Position numbers and translations under genes: made by a program
The notes under the pieces: model-generated
Database searches by the model: none
What the model was told of the DNA's origin: nothing
What the model saw: only the letters and a program-made list of their open reading frames with translations
Part shown: positions 1 through 10,841 of the stretch, piece by piece
How the letters are laid out: each line of letters begins with the position of its first letter
Numbering within the stretch: position 1 is the stretch's first letter
Source of the DNA: an uncultured Clostridium sp.
Lineage (GTDB): Bacteria > Bacillota > Clostridia > TANB77 > CAG-508
Length of the DNA stretch: 64,000 nt
Assembly: GCA_947653235.1 (NCBI GenBank)
Contig: CANTGH010000002.1
Span: forward strand, 11,155 to 75,154
Direction of reading: 5' to 3'

Positions 1-96
1 GAATATAAAGATGGTTTTAAATATGGACAAAAAGTAAAAGTCTATATTAAAAAAATCATCAAGGATAAAAAGAAAATAAAATTATTAATAGTCTAA
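1..96 (+). CDS. 3' end of an upstream gene (C-terminal ...KVKVYIKKIIKDKKKIKLLIV), partial
   Basis: Open frame from the window edge to TAA at 94-96. The next gene's RBS follows directly. Confidence 0.3.
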   Translation, partial: EYKDGFKYGQKVKVYIKKIIKDKKKIKLLIV

Positions 97-106
97 AGGA
101 GGCGTA

Positions 107-1049
107 TTGATTATGGTAGATGATGAAAATATTAAAACTACCGTTTCTCCATTTGCGATTCGAGAAGGAGAAATCAAAAAATTTGACGGAAAAGATGGTT
201 ATGTTTCCATAAGTCAAATTATTCACAAAATTAATTTGGGACATATCAATGATATTCATTTTGAAATCTTAGATTTGGTTAATCAATTTGAATTTATGAC
301 ATCTAGACAAATTTATTTTTTATTATTGCATCGAGGAGTGGAGATAAAATCTCAAGATAAACTAAATATAAAATTAGAACAGATGATTAAATCCAAAATA
401 TTAACCAGATATTTCTTTATTTCTGAAGAAGGAAAAGGAATTTATCGTGTATATTGTTTAGAAAAAATGGGAAAATACTTGCTAAATTCAAAAGAAACAG
501 AATGTAAATGGCAACCAACGGATAACACAAAACCAGTGCCAATGATTAAAAAAAGATTAGCACGGAAATCAAGTCATTATTGCGTATATGAGAAAAGCTA
601 AAAATTTTGCTCAATATAAAGTAAAACCACAAATTACTGCTAAAATCGAAGGAAAAACCATCAAGACACATGCCGAAGTAAAAATCGCAAAAGCTAGTAA
701 ATCTATTAGTTTGCTGTTTGAAGTGGTCAGAAGAGAATTGGGTTGGGAAGAAAAATTTGTAGAAAGAATGCGTTTATTCAAGGATTTTTATGATAATTTT
801 GTGCCATTTGATTCAGGATTTGAAGTGATGCCACAGTTAATTTTAGTTTGTGAAGATGAAAAACATATGGTAGAAACCTTTAAACAAGTTGTTGCCAATA
901 ATTTAAATCCAGAAAAAATTAAAATTTATTTTACAACCGATTTAAAACAAAATTCAACGACATTGGATAAATCATTTATTGAATTTGTAAAAGACAAAGA
1001 AACAGGCAAATTTAAAGCCAATACTGTTGAAATTAAATTGTTAGGATAA
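107..1049 (+). CDS. Hypothetical protein, possibly a wHTH or replication-relaxation-like plasmid/mobile-element protein. Two ORF pieces (107-601 and 588-1049) are joined by a +1 shift at in-frame CGG 563-565.
   Basis: RBS AAGGAGG at 97-104 and ATG at 113. Removing C563 fuses the two ORFs into about 313 aa (LA-G-NQVIIAYMRKAK). Confidence 0.4.
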
Positions 1050-1099
1050 ATAGACAAAACCCAAGAAATTGCTTGTACAGCGAATTTCTTGGGAATTTT

Positions 1100-1525
1100 T
1101 TACAAGAGGAGTGAGATATTTTCAGAAAGAAGACATTTAATATCATACAAAGGTTTTCCATTCTGAAAATCACATTGTTCCACAATGACCTGCAAAATAG
1201 TTTCTGGTGGGAAACTATAAATTTCATTTGATTCTATTTCTGGTAAATACTGAAAAACGCGGAGCAATTCATCTGTGATAAAACGATCTTCACAGTCGAA
1301 AGCAAAAGAAATAGGATGATCTTCAGATGCTTCTTGAAAGAGAACTTCAATTGTTTTTTCAGCAAATAGGCGTTTTACATCGTCTGGTACTGATTTTGTC
1401 TCTCCCCAGACGGCTCCAGTTTGGAATTCATTGAATTTTAAAATTTGCATTTTTTCTATTCTCCGAATGCAAAGCAATTCAGAGAAAGCTTCAGCAATTT
1501 TTCCAATGCCACTTGTGTTGTCCAT
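1100..1525 (-). CDS. Hypothetical protein (about 141 aa)
   Basis: ATG at 1525-1523 preceded by GGAGG with 8-nt spacing. The ORF in the track extends further upstream but has no RBS there. Confidence 0.45.
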   Translation of the reverse strand: MDNTSGIGKIAEAFSELLCIRRIEKMQILKFNEFQTGAVWGETKSVPDDVKRLFAEKTIEVLFQEASEDHPISFAFDCEDRFITDELLRVFQYLPEIESNEIYSFPPETILQVIVEQCDFQNGKPLYDIKCLLSENISLLL

Positions 1526-1634
1526 TCTAATTTCCTCCTTTAAAATGTAGAAAAAGTTCTGTTGCTCTTTTTCATGACTAAATAGTGTTATAAGAATAGT
1601 ATACAAGAAATTTATCTAAAAGTCAACATAATAG

Positions 1635-2438
1635 TTACTTTTGGATAAATTTCTGATTTTCGAAGTTTTTTTCGATTAAAATACTTCCCTCTAAAATACT
1701 AGATGAATTATTTTCCAAAGGAATAGAAACCGATAAAGGGTAAAAATAGTGTTGTTCGTCATTGCTTACCAAGTGAATGGTTAAACTAAAATGAGCTTTT
1801 AAATCGTTTAACGAAATATTAGCCAGATGAAGCAATCGACCATCAAAAAAAATGGGTTCTTGAGAAGTAATCGAATAGTTATCTTTGATGGAATGATTAA
1901 CATATTTTAGGGTTATAGGATTAGAACAATCGGTAAAGAAAACAGGTGTATTGGTTAAAATGGTGTTATTTTTGTTTTCGTCATTTAAAACAGTAAATTC
2001 GATGGAAGAATCAAGTTTGTAATTTCGATTGAAGTTGGCAGTGCCGAAATTGATCGAATCCAAGTAATAAAGGCATGGCTTCCCTAAATTCGGAGTAGAA
2101 ATTTGGATGTTTTCCAAAGATAATTTTTTGATGGTATTGTAGGAGGTCAATTCTTCCCCAGAATGTTCTAGATAAATAGCGATATCACTATATTGTAAAA
2201 GATTTAAAACCCAACTGCTTTTTTGGAAGGTTGTATTTTGATTTTCGCCATGAGCACTACTATATAAAATCATTTTTGATAGCGAAAAAGGACTATTTTG
2301 AATCGTTTTGCTAAAACGAATACTGTCTTTTTCGAATTGATATTTATTCCAAAATTGCAAAAAGATAAATTGATAAAAAAGAATGATAAACATAATTAAT
2401 AAAATAATCATAAAACATTTTTTAATCCAATTTTTCAT
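1635..2438 (-). CDS. Hypothetical membrane-anchored secreted protein (N-terminal TM, Asn/Ser-rich ectodomain)
   Basis: 267-aa ORF with a hydrophobic N-terminus MKNWIKKCFMIILLIMFIILF. Confidence 0.45.
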   Translation of the reverse strand: MKNWIKKCFMIILLIMFIILFYQFIFLQFWNKYQFEKDSIRFSKTIQNSPFSLSKMILYSSAHGENQNTTFQKSSWVLNLLQYSDIAIYLEHSGEELTSYNTIKKLSLENIQISTPNLGKPCLYYLDSINFGTANFNRNYKLDSSIEFTVLNDENKNNTILTNTPVFFTDCSNPITLKYVNHSIKDNYSITSQEPIFFDGRLLHLANISLNDLKAHFSLTIHLVSNDEQHYFYPLSVSIPLENNSSSILEGSILIEKNFENQKFIQK

Positions 2439-2547
2439 AAGTACACCTCTTTTGTTATTGTATTACATTTTTTTAATTTCGTAAATAGATTGAAAAAAAA
2501 TTTATTGTAAGATATAATAAGCAAGAAATAAAGAGGAGGACAAAATT

Positions 2548-3123
2548 ATGAAAATAATATTAGCTTCTGCTTCTCCAAGAAGAAGAGATTTGATGGATTT
2601 AGCCAAAATCGATTATGAAGCAATAGTGAGTGATTTTAATGAAAAAGTAGATGAAAATTTAAGTTTGCAAGAACAATCAAAGGAAATTGCATATGGAAAA
2701 GCGAGATCTGTTTTTGAACATACACAAGGAGATCGAGCAATTATTGGAGCCGATACTTTGGTAATTGCGAATGGAAAGAAATATGGAAAAGCCCAATCTA
2801 AGCAAGAAGCCATTTATATGTTACAAGAATTACAAGGAAAAATGCATTCGATTTACACCAGCCTTGCTATTTTGATAGAAGAACAAGGAAAATATAAGGA
2901 ATATAAAGAACTTTATGAGGTAAAAGTGTTTGTCAAAAGCATGACAGAAGAAGATATTGAAAATTATGTGGATTCCGAGCAACCATTTTTTTGTGCAGGA
3001 AGCTACGCTATACAAGGATTTTTTGCAGTTTTTATAGAAAAAATACAAGGGGATTATGCAACTGCTCTAGGACTTCCCATTGGCAGAGTATATGACATTT
3101 TGAAAGAAAATAATTGGCTTTAA
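2548..3123 (+). CDS. maf: Maf-like nucleoside triphosphate pyrophosphatase (septum formation protein Maf)
   Basis: N-terminus MKIILASASPRRRDLM, typical length, RBS AGGAGG. Confidence 0.85.
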   Translation: MKIILASASPRRRDLMDLAKIDYEAIVSDFNEKVDENLSLQEQSKEIAYGKARSVFEHTQGDRAIIGADTLVIANGKKYGKAQSKQEAIYMLQELQGKMHSIYTSLAILIEEQGKYKEYKELYEVKVFVKSMTEEDIENYVDSEQPFFCAGSYAIQGFFAVFIEKIQGDYATALGLPIGRVYDILKENNWL

Positions 3124-3181
3124 TCCATTGTGAATAACTTTTTGCAAATTTGGAATAATATTGCAAAAGGAGTGTTCACAA

Positions 3182-3958
3182 ATGGAGAAAACAAGAAAAA
3201 AGATTGATGTATGGTCTATTTTTATGTATTTGATTTTATATAGTATAGCAGGTTTTTTAATTGAGACTGTATTTGGTATTTTGACAAAAGGTGTGGTAGA
3301 AAGTAGAAAAAGCTTTTTGTATGGACCTTTTTGTGCTATTTATGGAATTGGAGCCATTGCTATGATTTTAGCTTTACGAAATGAAAAAAATTATTTCAAA
3401 ATATTTTTTGGTGGTGCAATTATAGGTGCAGTTGTAGAATATTCGATGAGTTTTTTATGTGAGAAATTTTTTGGAGTAAAATGGTGGGATTATTCAGAGG
3501 CCTTTTTGAATATTGATGGAAGAACGTGCCTTTTTTATGCGGTTTCTTGGGGATTTTTAGCTATTTTATTATTACAAGTGCTTAATCCGTATGTTGATAA
3601 ATGGATTACGAAACTAAGACAAAAAAAGTCACTTTTCAAAGTAGCAAGCGTATTACTGATTGCTTTTTTTACAGCAGATGCACTCATAACAGGCTATGCT
3701 TTGAAAGTATTTTATTATCGAATTGCAGCACAAAACAATCTAAATTTAACAGATCAACACGAAATCCAAAATAAATATGATAAAATTCAACAAAACAGAA
3801 CTTTTGCAGGTTTTGTCAATCAATATTATGATAATGAAAAAATGTTAAAAACCTATCCTAACATGATGATTGAAGAACAAAATCAAAATACGATTTATGT
3901 AGAAAATCTAATTGATGATGTAGAACCTTATTATTATCGATTAGGAGAGGCGTTTTAG
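3182..3958 (+). CDS. Polytopic membrane protein, function unknown
   Basis: AAAGGAG RBS 9 nt upstream of ATG 3182; several predicted TM helices. Confidence 0.5.
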   Translation: MEKTRKKIDVWSIFMYLILYSIAGFLIETVFGILTKGVVESRKSFLYGPFCAIYGIGAIAMILALRNEKNYFKIFFGGAIIGAVVEYSMSFLCEKFFGVKWWDYSEAFLNIDGRTCLFYAVSWGFLAILLLQVLNPYVDKWITKLRQKKSLFKVASVLLIAFFTADALITGYALKVFYYRIAAQNNLNLTDQHEIQNKYDKIQQNRTFAGFVNQYYDNEKMLKTYPNMMIEEQNQNTIYVENLIDDVEPYYYRLGEAF

Positions 3959-4116
3959 AGAAAAAGAAAGGTAGAAGTTTTGTAAAAGTAAAATAAATAG
4001 AAAACAAAAATCAATATTTTGCTCTAACCTTTTATTATATCATATTTCTATAGAAAAGTCAAATTGACATAATTTTGAAAAAGGAATAATAAATAGGTCT
4101 CCAAATTAAAAAATAA

Positions 4117-4147
4117 GAATAGAGAAGAAAAATCTTCTCTATTTTTT
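4117..4147 (+). terminator. Rho-independent terminator (aatagagaag...cttctctatttttt)
   Basis: Perfect inverted repeat followed by a T-run, downstream of the 3182-3958 gene. Confidence 0.45.
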
Positions 4148-4239
4148 GGTTACAGAATAAAATTTTAAAATTTACAATGGAAATCATTTGACAAAATGCT
4201 AACATATTGGTAATATATTAAATAAGGAAGGAAAAAAGT

Positions 4240-4734
4240 ATGTTTTTTTACCCAGATTATTATTGTAATAAAGTCACAGATATCACGATAGATGTATTAG
4301 AAAAAAATAAGATAAAAGGTATTTTATTAGATGTCGATAACACACTCATTGATTTTGACCGAAATCTGTTAGAAGGTGCGAAAGAATGGGTTGCTCAAAT
4401 GAAAGAAAATAATATCCAATGTATGATTTTATCCAACAGCAATAAAGTTGATAAAGTAACAGCAGTAGCTGAGATTTTGAAATTACCTTATATTTATTTT
4501 GCTACCAAACCATTCAAAAGAGGATTTAAAAAGGCAAAGGCACAATTAGGGCTAGAAAACGAGAACATTGCAGTGGTAGGAGATCAAATTTTTACAGATG
4601 TGATTGGAGCTAATCGAAATAAAATGTTTTCCATTTTGGTCAATCCCATTGCTAAAAAAGATATATGGGTGACAAAATTAAAAAGACCAATTGAGGAATT
4701 GATTATAAAGTCATATGTCAATAAACAAAAATAA
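4240..4734 (+). CDS. yqeG: YqeG-family HAD-IIIA phosphatase
   Basis: ILLDVDNTLIDFD HAD motif I and GDQIFTDV motif. The promoter TTGACA-17-TAATAT lies upstream. Confidence 0.7.
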   Translation: MFFYPDYYCNKVTDITIDVLEKNKIKGILLDVDNTLIDFDRNLLEGAKEWVAQMKENNIQCMILSNSNKVDKVTAVAEILKLPYIYFATKPFKRGFKKAKAQLGLENENIAVVGDQIFTDVIGANRNKMFSILVNPIAKKDIWVTKLKRPIEELIIKSYVNKQK

Positions 4735-4769
4735 AGGAATAAAAACAAAAGAAGAAAGAGGAACCAGAC

Positions 4770-5547
4770 ATGTATGATAAGAATAATGTACATATTTTGA
4801 TGTATGTAGTATTTGGAATACTGGCATTATTAGTTGGAAAATTAGTTGCTTGGATGAATGTTACATTGCCAGAGGAAAAAAAAGTATTTTCGAGGGAATT
4901 TTTTAAAGCTAATAAAGCAGGAATTGAAAAAAGTTATATAAATAGGATTATTATGGTGGCATTGTATTGGGCACTTTTGTATAAATTTGGTATTGGAGAA
5001 ACATTTATGCAAAATTTGGATTTGCTCAAGTTTATGATTTTGATGCCAATGTTAGTTAGTTCTTTTATGATTGATTTGAAACATAGAATATTACCAAATC
5101 GATTGAATTTGACGATTTTTCAAATAGGTTTGATATTTACTTTTATGGCTGGTATTAATAATATAAATTTAGCGCAAGATAAGTTGCTTGGTATGGTAAC
5201 AGGTGCTGGAATTTTTGGTATCATCACATTGCTTGGTGGTATGATTGCTGGCAAAGAGGCGATGGGACTAGGCGATGTAAAATTTATGGGAGCGATTCGG
5301 TTTGTATTTTGGCGTAAGTACAATTGCACAAATTTCATTATTGGCATTTTTTATAGGAGCGATTGTTTCGATTTTTGTTTTGCTAATTCGAAATTTAATT
5401 TTGAAAAGTGAAGATGAATATATGCCATTTGGACCTTTTTTAGTCATTGCTGCTATCGCCTGTATCTTTTTACCTGCTAATACTGTATTTATCTTGTTTA
5501 TGTCGATGTGTAAAGCGATAAGTGATAAAATTTTAAATATTCTATAA
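4770..5547 (+). CDS. Type IV prepilin peptidase (A24 family). Two ORF pieces are joined by a +1 shift at in-frame CGG 5298-5300.
   Basis: GLGDVKFMGAI then, after skipping C5298, GLYFGVSTIAQISLLAFFIGAIVS continues the A24 C-terminal TM region. Confidence 0.6.
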
Positions 5548-5561
5548 AATGGAGGTGTTTT

Positions 5562-6638
5562 ATGAATATACGAATCAAGTGGCTAAGGGACCAATTAAAG
5601 TCAATGGATTTGGAAGGAATGATTGTATCCAATCCCATTAATGTGAAATATTTGACAGGATTGGATGAAGAAGGAATTTTAATGATAGCACCAAAAGAGA
5701 ATGTATTTATTACAGATTCTCGTTATATAGAAAGTGTGAATAGTCAATTAACCATTGAAGATGAAATTATTGCGTATGATATGAGAAATATAAGCAAATA
5801 TGATTATGAAGGTTTTTTTATGGGCTGTAAGGAGATTGGTTTTGAGGAAAAATATGTAACCTATGAAATGTACAAAAAGTATTTGCAAATATATCAAGTC
5901 AATTTGTGTGAAACTGATGGAATTATTGAAAATCATAGAATAGTAAAAGATAAAGAGGAAATCGGATATATCCAAAAAGCTTGTGAAATAACAGATGATA
6001 CGTTCGAATATGTCAAAAAAATAGTAACTTATGGAATGACAGAAAAAGAACTTTGTTTTGAAATTGAAAAATACATGCTTCAAAATGGCGCTGATGGTTT
6101 AGCTTTTGATACGATTGTTGCTTTTGGTGAAAATACATCCATGCCACATGCTGTGCCCACAAATCGAAAATTACAATCAGGTGATATTATTCAATTAGAT
6201 ATGGGTGCCCGATATAACGGCTATTGTTCAGATTTTTCGAGAGTTATTTTTGTGGATGAAATGAAAAGTGAATATAAAGATAGTTATGATTTTGTTTTAG
6301 AACAGCAAAGTAGAATTGTAGATTGCTTGAAAAATGGAGTCAATATCAAACAAGTGATTAAAGATCGAGAAACCGATTATCGTTTGAAAAATTTTAGTAT
6401 ATTGCATAGTTTTGGACATGGTGTTGGAATGGATATTCATGAAGAACCAATTTTAAATGCTAAGATGGATATGATGCTAAAGGAAAATTCGGTTATAGCC
6501 ATTGAACCTGGTGTGTATAAAGCAGGAAAGTTTGGTATAAGAATAGAAGATACGTATCACATTACGAAGGATTCGTGCATAAAATTGACTAAAACTGGAA
6601 AAGATTATACTATAATTAATCCAAAAGAAATGAATTAA
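5562..6638 (+). CDS. pepP: Xaa-Pro aminopeptidase / M24 family metallopeptidase
   Basis: Creatinase-like N-terminal domain plus M24 domain (HGVGMDIHE, metal-binding Asp, His and Glu residues). Confidence 0.8.
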   Translation: MNIRIKWLRDQLKSMDLEGMIVSNPINVKYLTGLDEEGILMIAPKENVFITDSRYIESVNSQLTIEDEIIAYDMRNISKYDYEGFFMGCKEIGFEEKYVTYEMYKKYLQIYQVNLCETDGIIENHRIVKDKEEIGYIQKACEITDDTFEYVKKIVTYGMTEKELCFEIEKYMLQNGADGLAFDTIVAFGENTSMPHAVPTNRKLQSGDIIQLDMGARYNGYCSDFSRVIFVDEMKSEYKDSYDFVLEQQSRIVDCLKNGVNIKQVIKDRETDYRLKNFSILHSFGHGVGMDIHEEPILNAKMDMMLKENSVIAIEPGVYKAGKFGIRIEDTYHITKDSCIKLTKTGKDYTIINPKEMN

Positions 6639-6724
6639 TCAAAAACGCTTGATTTCTATAAATGAATGTGGTATAATAGCAAAGTTAAAATAAAAAATAG
6701 TTTAAAGAAATGAGGTAAAAAATT

Positions 6725-7291
6725 ATGGCTGACGTTTATATGGCAGGTGATTTAAGAAATGGGACAACATTTGAATTAGATGGTAATGTATTTAGAGTTG
6801 TTGAGTTTCAACATGTAAAACCCGGTAAAGGTGCAGCATTTGTTAGAGTAAAAATGAAAAATGTAATATCAGGAAGTGTTTTAGAAAGAACGTTTAATCC
6901 ATCTGAAAAATTACAAGGAGCTGAAATTGAGAAAAAAGATATGCAATATTTATACAATGATGGTGAATTATATTATTTTATGGACAATAATACATATGAC
7001 CAACTTCCACTCAATGCAGGACAAATTGGAGATGCCTTGAAATATATCAAAGAAAATATGAATGTTACAATGTTATCTTTCAAAGGATCTGTTTTTGCTG
7101 TAGAACCACCAATGTTTGTTGAATTAGAAGTAACGTACACAGAACCAGGTTTTAGTGGGAATACGACAACCACATCAGGAAAACCAGCAACGTTAGAAAA
7201 TGGTTTAGAAATTTCAGTTCCATTATTTGTCAATATTGGTGATAAAATTAGAATTGATACAAGAACAGGTCAATATATGGAAAGAATTTAA
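6725..7291 (+). CDS. efp: Elongation factor P
   Basis: [34 protein letters not shown] is canonical. Promoter TTGATT-17-TATAAT at about 6655-6685. Confidence 0.9.
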   Translation: MADVYMAGDLRNGTTFELDGNVFRVVEFQHVKPGKGAAFVRVKMKNVISGSVLERTFNPSEKLQGAEIEKKDMQYLYNDGELYYFMDNNTYDQLPLNAGQIGDALKYIKENMNVTMLSFKGSVFAVEPPMFVELEVTYTEPGFSGNTTTTSGKPATLENGLEISVPLFVNIGDKIRIDTRTGQYMERI

Positions 7292-7329
7292 CTTACGTAA
7301 AAAACAAGCAAGGAGGAAAGATTGTTTAA

Positions 7330-7716
7330 ATGCTAAATAAAAAGTTTAAAGAGGTTATGAAGAATTTAGAAGGAAATTTAGAAAATAAAAAAGATTTAAA
7401 CTATGCAAAATCACAAATTACGGAACTAACAATGGAGTATTTAAACGAATTAGAAAAACTAGAAACGGTTTACAAACAAAAAATTATGTTGTTTGAAAAT
7501 CGACTAAATGATTTAGAAACAGAAGTACAAAAATTAGATAATGAAATTTTTCAAGATAGTGAAATAGAACAAGATGCTGATTTAGAACCAATTCAATGTC
7601 CGTATTGTAATACTCACTTTTTTATAGAATTTGATAGTAGCAAAAAGGAAATGAAATGTCCAGATTGCAAAAATATCATTGAACTTGATTGGGGAAATTT
7701 TGAAGATGATATGTAA
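7330..7716 (+). CDS. Hypothetical coiled-coil protein with a C-terminal CxxC...CxxC zinc ribbon
   Basis: 128-aa ORF with CPYC and CPDC motifs. A terminator hairpin (atcgatggcaatgccatcgattttt) follows at about 7733-7757. Confidence 0.4.
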   Translation: MLNKKFKEVMKNLEGNLENKKDLNYAKSQITELTMEYLNELEKLETVYKQKIMLFENRLNDLETEVQKLDNEIFQDSEIEQDADLEPIQCPYCNTHFFIEFDSSKKEMKCPDCKNIIELDWGNFEDDM

Positions 7717-7906
7717 TTAAATAATTTTAATGAATCGATGGCAATGCCATCGATTTTTATGCTCAAATGCATTTAGCTAGATACACCAGAAGTAAGAGAA
7801 AAAACGAAAACTAAAAACTTTTTGTCAAAAAAACATTTACAAAAATATGTACAAGGTGTATAATAAAAGAAATTAACCAAAAAGAGAACTTATATTAATA
7901 GAAGGA

Positions 7907-8560
7907 ATGGGAATAAATATGGATAGAATGAAAACATTTCTTATGTATGTATTGTTGATTATAGGATTTTTTGGACTATCTTTGTTATTGGAAAATGGAT
8001 TACTTATGGCAATGTATTCACACATTTCAGGTGAGTTTGAAGGATATTATTCTGTAACCAATAGTGACTTTACAGTAGAACAGTTATCGGCTAAAGCTTG
8101 CAATGTAAATGGTTATATGAATTTTGATTTAATTAATACAACAGGAAGTTTTATTGATAAATGTTATGTCAAAATAGATTTATATAATGAACAAGAGTTA
8201 TTGGCACATACACAATATTTTGAAATAAGAGGAATACAACCAAAGGATACAAAACCATTTCATATTAAATTCAAAGCCAATCATATAGAAAAATTCAAAA
8301 TTTCAATCGTAGAAAATATGCCAGATAAAACCAATATCATTGATATTTTAGGTTGGGAAATTGATTTAAGTAATGTTTTCGGACTTGGTATTGATTTGAC
8401 AAATGTTACAATTTTTGGTGTGAAATTAACAGATTTATTTTCTTGGCATAATATTAAAACAACTGCACAAGGCTTTGGTTCATGGTTTATTCAATTAGCT
8501 AAAAGTATCCCACTTTCGGGATATGGACTAGGCTGGCTATTCATAGCAGGATTGTTATAA
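7907..8560 (+). CDS. Hypothetical membrane protein (N- and C-terminal TM segments)
   Basis: 217-aa ORF. The start is ambiguous (ATG 7907 or 7919). Confidence 0.4.
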   Translation: MGINMDRMKTFLMYVLLIIGFFGLSLLLENGLLMAMYSHISGEFEGYYSVTNSDFTVEQLSAKACNVNGYMNFDLINTTGSFIDKCYVKIDLYNEQELLAHTQYFEIRGIQPKDTKPFHIKFKANHIEKFKISIVENMPDKTNIIDILGWEIDLSNVFGLGIDLTNVTIFGVKLTDLFSWHNIKTTAQGFGSWFIQLAKSIPLSGYGLGWLFIAGLL

Positions 8561-8587
8561 AAATACGAACGAGAAAGGAAACCAAAA

Positions 8588-9388
8588 ATGGAAAATTTAC
8601 AAAAAATAGCATTATCCATTCGAAGAAATATAATAGAGATGATTTATGCAGCTTCTTCAGGACATCCAGGTGGAGCACTTTCATGTGCAGATATACTAAC
8701 TGTATTATATTTTTCAGAAATGAATGTTAGTACCAATCATCCTAAAGATGAAAATAGGGATCGCTTTGTTTTATCGAAAGGACACGCTTCTGCAGCACTA
8801 TACGCTACTTTAGCCGAAAAGGGTTTTGTCGAAAAAGACAAATTAACAAGTTTTAGAAACATCAATAGCATTTTACAAGGGCATCCAGATATGAATAAAA
8901 TGCCAGGAATCGATATGTCAACAGGTTCTTTAGGACAAGGCTTATCGGTAGCAAATGGAATGGCAATGGCAGCCAAAATGGACGGTAAAGATTATAGGGT
9001 TTACTGTTTGCTTGGTGATGGAGAAATAGAAGAAGGTCAAATCTGGGAAGCAGCTATGACAGCGAGTCATTACAAATTAGATAATCTATGTGCGATTGTT
9101 GATTTTAACAATCTTCAAATTGATGGAAAAGTAACAGATGTTATGAATGTAACACCAATTGATGAAAAATTTAAAAGCTTTGGTTTTCATGTCATCAATA
9201 TAAATGGAAATGATATGGATGAAATTTTAAATGCATTTGAAAAAGCTAGAAATACTAAAGGAAAGCCAACTGCAATTATTGCAAAGACAATTAAAGGAAA
9301 AGGCGTTTCTTTTATGGAAAATCAAGCAGGTTGGCATGGAAAAGCTCCAAATGAAGAAGAATACAAGATAGCTATTCAAGAGTTATAA
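8588..9388 (+). CDS. tktA_N: Transketolase, N-terminal (TPP-binding) subunit
   Basis: GHPGGALSCADIL and GDGEIEEGQIWEA motifs. A split transketolase is typical of Clostridia-like genomes. Confidence 0.85.
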   Translation: MENLQKIALSIRRNIIEMIYAASSGHPGGALSCADILTVLYFSEMNVSTNHPKDENRDRFVLSKGHASAALYATLAEKGFVEKDKLTSFRNINSILQGHPDMNKMPGIDMSTGSLGQGLSVANGMAMAAKMDGKDYRVYCLLGDGEIEEGQIWEAAMTASHYKLDNLCAIVDFNNLQIDGKVTDVMNVTPIDEKFKSFGFHVININGNDMDEILNAFEKARNTKGKPTAIIAKTIKGKGVSFMENQAGWHGKAPNEEEYKIAIQEL

Positions 9389-9431
9389 GCCTTTAAAAAT
9401 ATTGATTTTCATGACGAAAAAAGGAGAAAAT

Positions 9432-10368
9432 ATGAATAAAGATAAAAAAATAGCTACAAGACAAAGTTTTGGTGAGATGTTGTTAGAACTAGGAAACGAA
9501 AATTCGAATATAGTTGCCTTAGATGCTGATTTATCAGCAGCAACCAAAACCAGTATATTTGCAAAAGAATTTCCCAACCGATTTTTCGATATGGGGATTG
9601 CGGAACAAGATATGATTGGAACAGCAGCAGGTTTAGCAACTTGTGGTAAAATTCCATTTGTTGCAACATTTGCTATGTTTGCCACGGGAAGAACGTATGA
9701 CCAAATTAGGAATTGTATTTGTTATCCTAATTTGAATGTAAAAGTAATTGGAACGCATAGTGGTATTACGGTTGGGGAAGATGGAGCTACGCATCAGATG
9801 CTAGAAGATATAAGCTTAATGAGGGGATTACCGAATATGAGAGTATTTTATCCATGTGATGATAGGCAAACAAAATGGGCAGTTAAACAGGCAACAAAAC
9901 TAGAAGGTCCAGTATATATTCGACTATGTAGATTGGCTACACCGACGATTTATGAAGAGGAAAATTTTGAATTTGGTAAAGGCATTATGCATGGGGATGG
10001 AACACAAGCAACAGTTTTTGTAGCAGGAGATCTTGTGTCAGTTGCTCTGGAGGCTAAAGATGAGCTAGAAAAACAAGGTGTTAAGATAAGAGTGGTGGAT
10101 ATGCCTACGATTAAGCCAATTGATAAAGAAATCATTATAAAATGTGCGAAAGAAACGAAAAAACTGATTTCAATAGAAGATCATAGTATCATTGGAGGAT
10201 TGCGGAACAGCTATTTCAGAGGTTTTAACAGATGAATATCCTGCCAAACTCATTCGACTTGGGATGAAAGATGTTTTTGGACAATCTGGAAAACCAGCTG
10301 ATTTATTGAATTATTTTGAATTGAATTCCAAAAAAATTCAAAAAGTAGTTTTAAATGAGGAAAAATAG
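9432..10368 (+). CDS. tktA_C: Transketolase, C-terminal subunit. The end is reached via a +1 shift at in-frame CGG 10203-10205.
   Basis: After skipping C10203 the sequence reads IIGGL-G-TAISEVLTDEYPAKLIRLGMKDVFGQSGKPADLL, the canonical C-terminus. Without the shift the ORF ends at 10235. Confidence 0.8.
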
Positions 10369-10465
10369 TTGGAATTTTAACAAAAAAGCGGGTGGATAAA
10401 AACATCCACCTGTACATACAATTGTGAACATTGTGTGAAAATTATGTAAATTTTGTGTGAAATAT

Positions 10466-10540
10466 TCGGGTGTCGCCAAGCGGTAAGGCATCGGACTCTG
10501 ACTCCGACATGCGTAAGTTCGAATCTTACCACCCGAGCCA
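10466..10540 (+). tRNA. tRNA-Gln (anticodon CUG)
   Basis: Cloverleaf folded by hand: acceptor TCGGGTG/CACCCGA, anticodon loop CTCTGAC, T-loop TTCGAAT, CCA encoded. Close to B. subtilis tRNA-Gln. Confidence 0.8.
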
Positions 10541-10841
10541 AGAAACTTACATTTTAAAGTTATATTCAATATACTAATATAAAGAGATTGAATGTTATGA
10601 AAGAATTAACAAATTTGTAGTGCTAAAAAATAAGTGAAATGTAAAGTACCTGTATGAGTAATTTTTTATTCGTACAGGTGCTTTTTAGAATATAAGAAAT
10701 TTATGCAATTAAGATTGCATAAAAGTACAATAAAAATGACTGTATTATAGTAAATTTGTCTGGAAGAGGTGATAAAAATATAGATACTATTGCTTTTTTA
10801 GGAAAATATGATATAATCAAAAAAAGTTTAGGAGTTAAATT

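Noticed and set aside
107-1049. Treating the split ORF pairs (107/588, 4770/5302, 9402/next frame, 17056/17843, 19342, 47789/47955/48271, 48632/48759, 51598, 52539/52906) as independent genes or simple pseudogenes
   Set aside because: Each pair is one homolog-length protein interrupted by a single C at an in-frame CGG. They are reported as single CDS with a +1 event. The pseudogene/artifact alternative is kept open in the findings.
9383-10135. Minus-strand ORFs of 61-100 aa inside the transketolase genes
   Set aside because: They are antisense to strongly supported coding sequence and are low-complexity.
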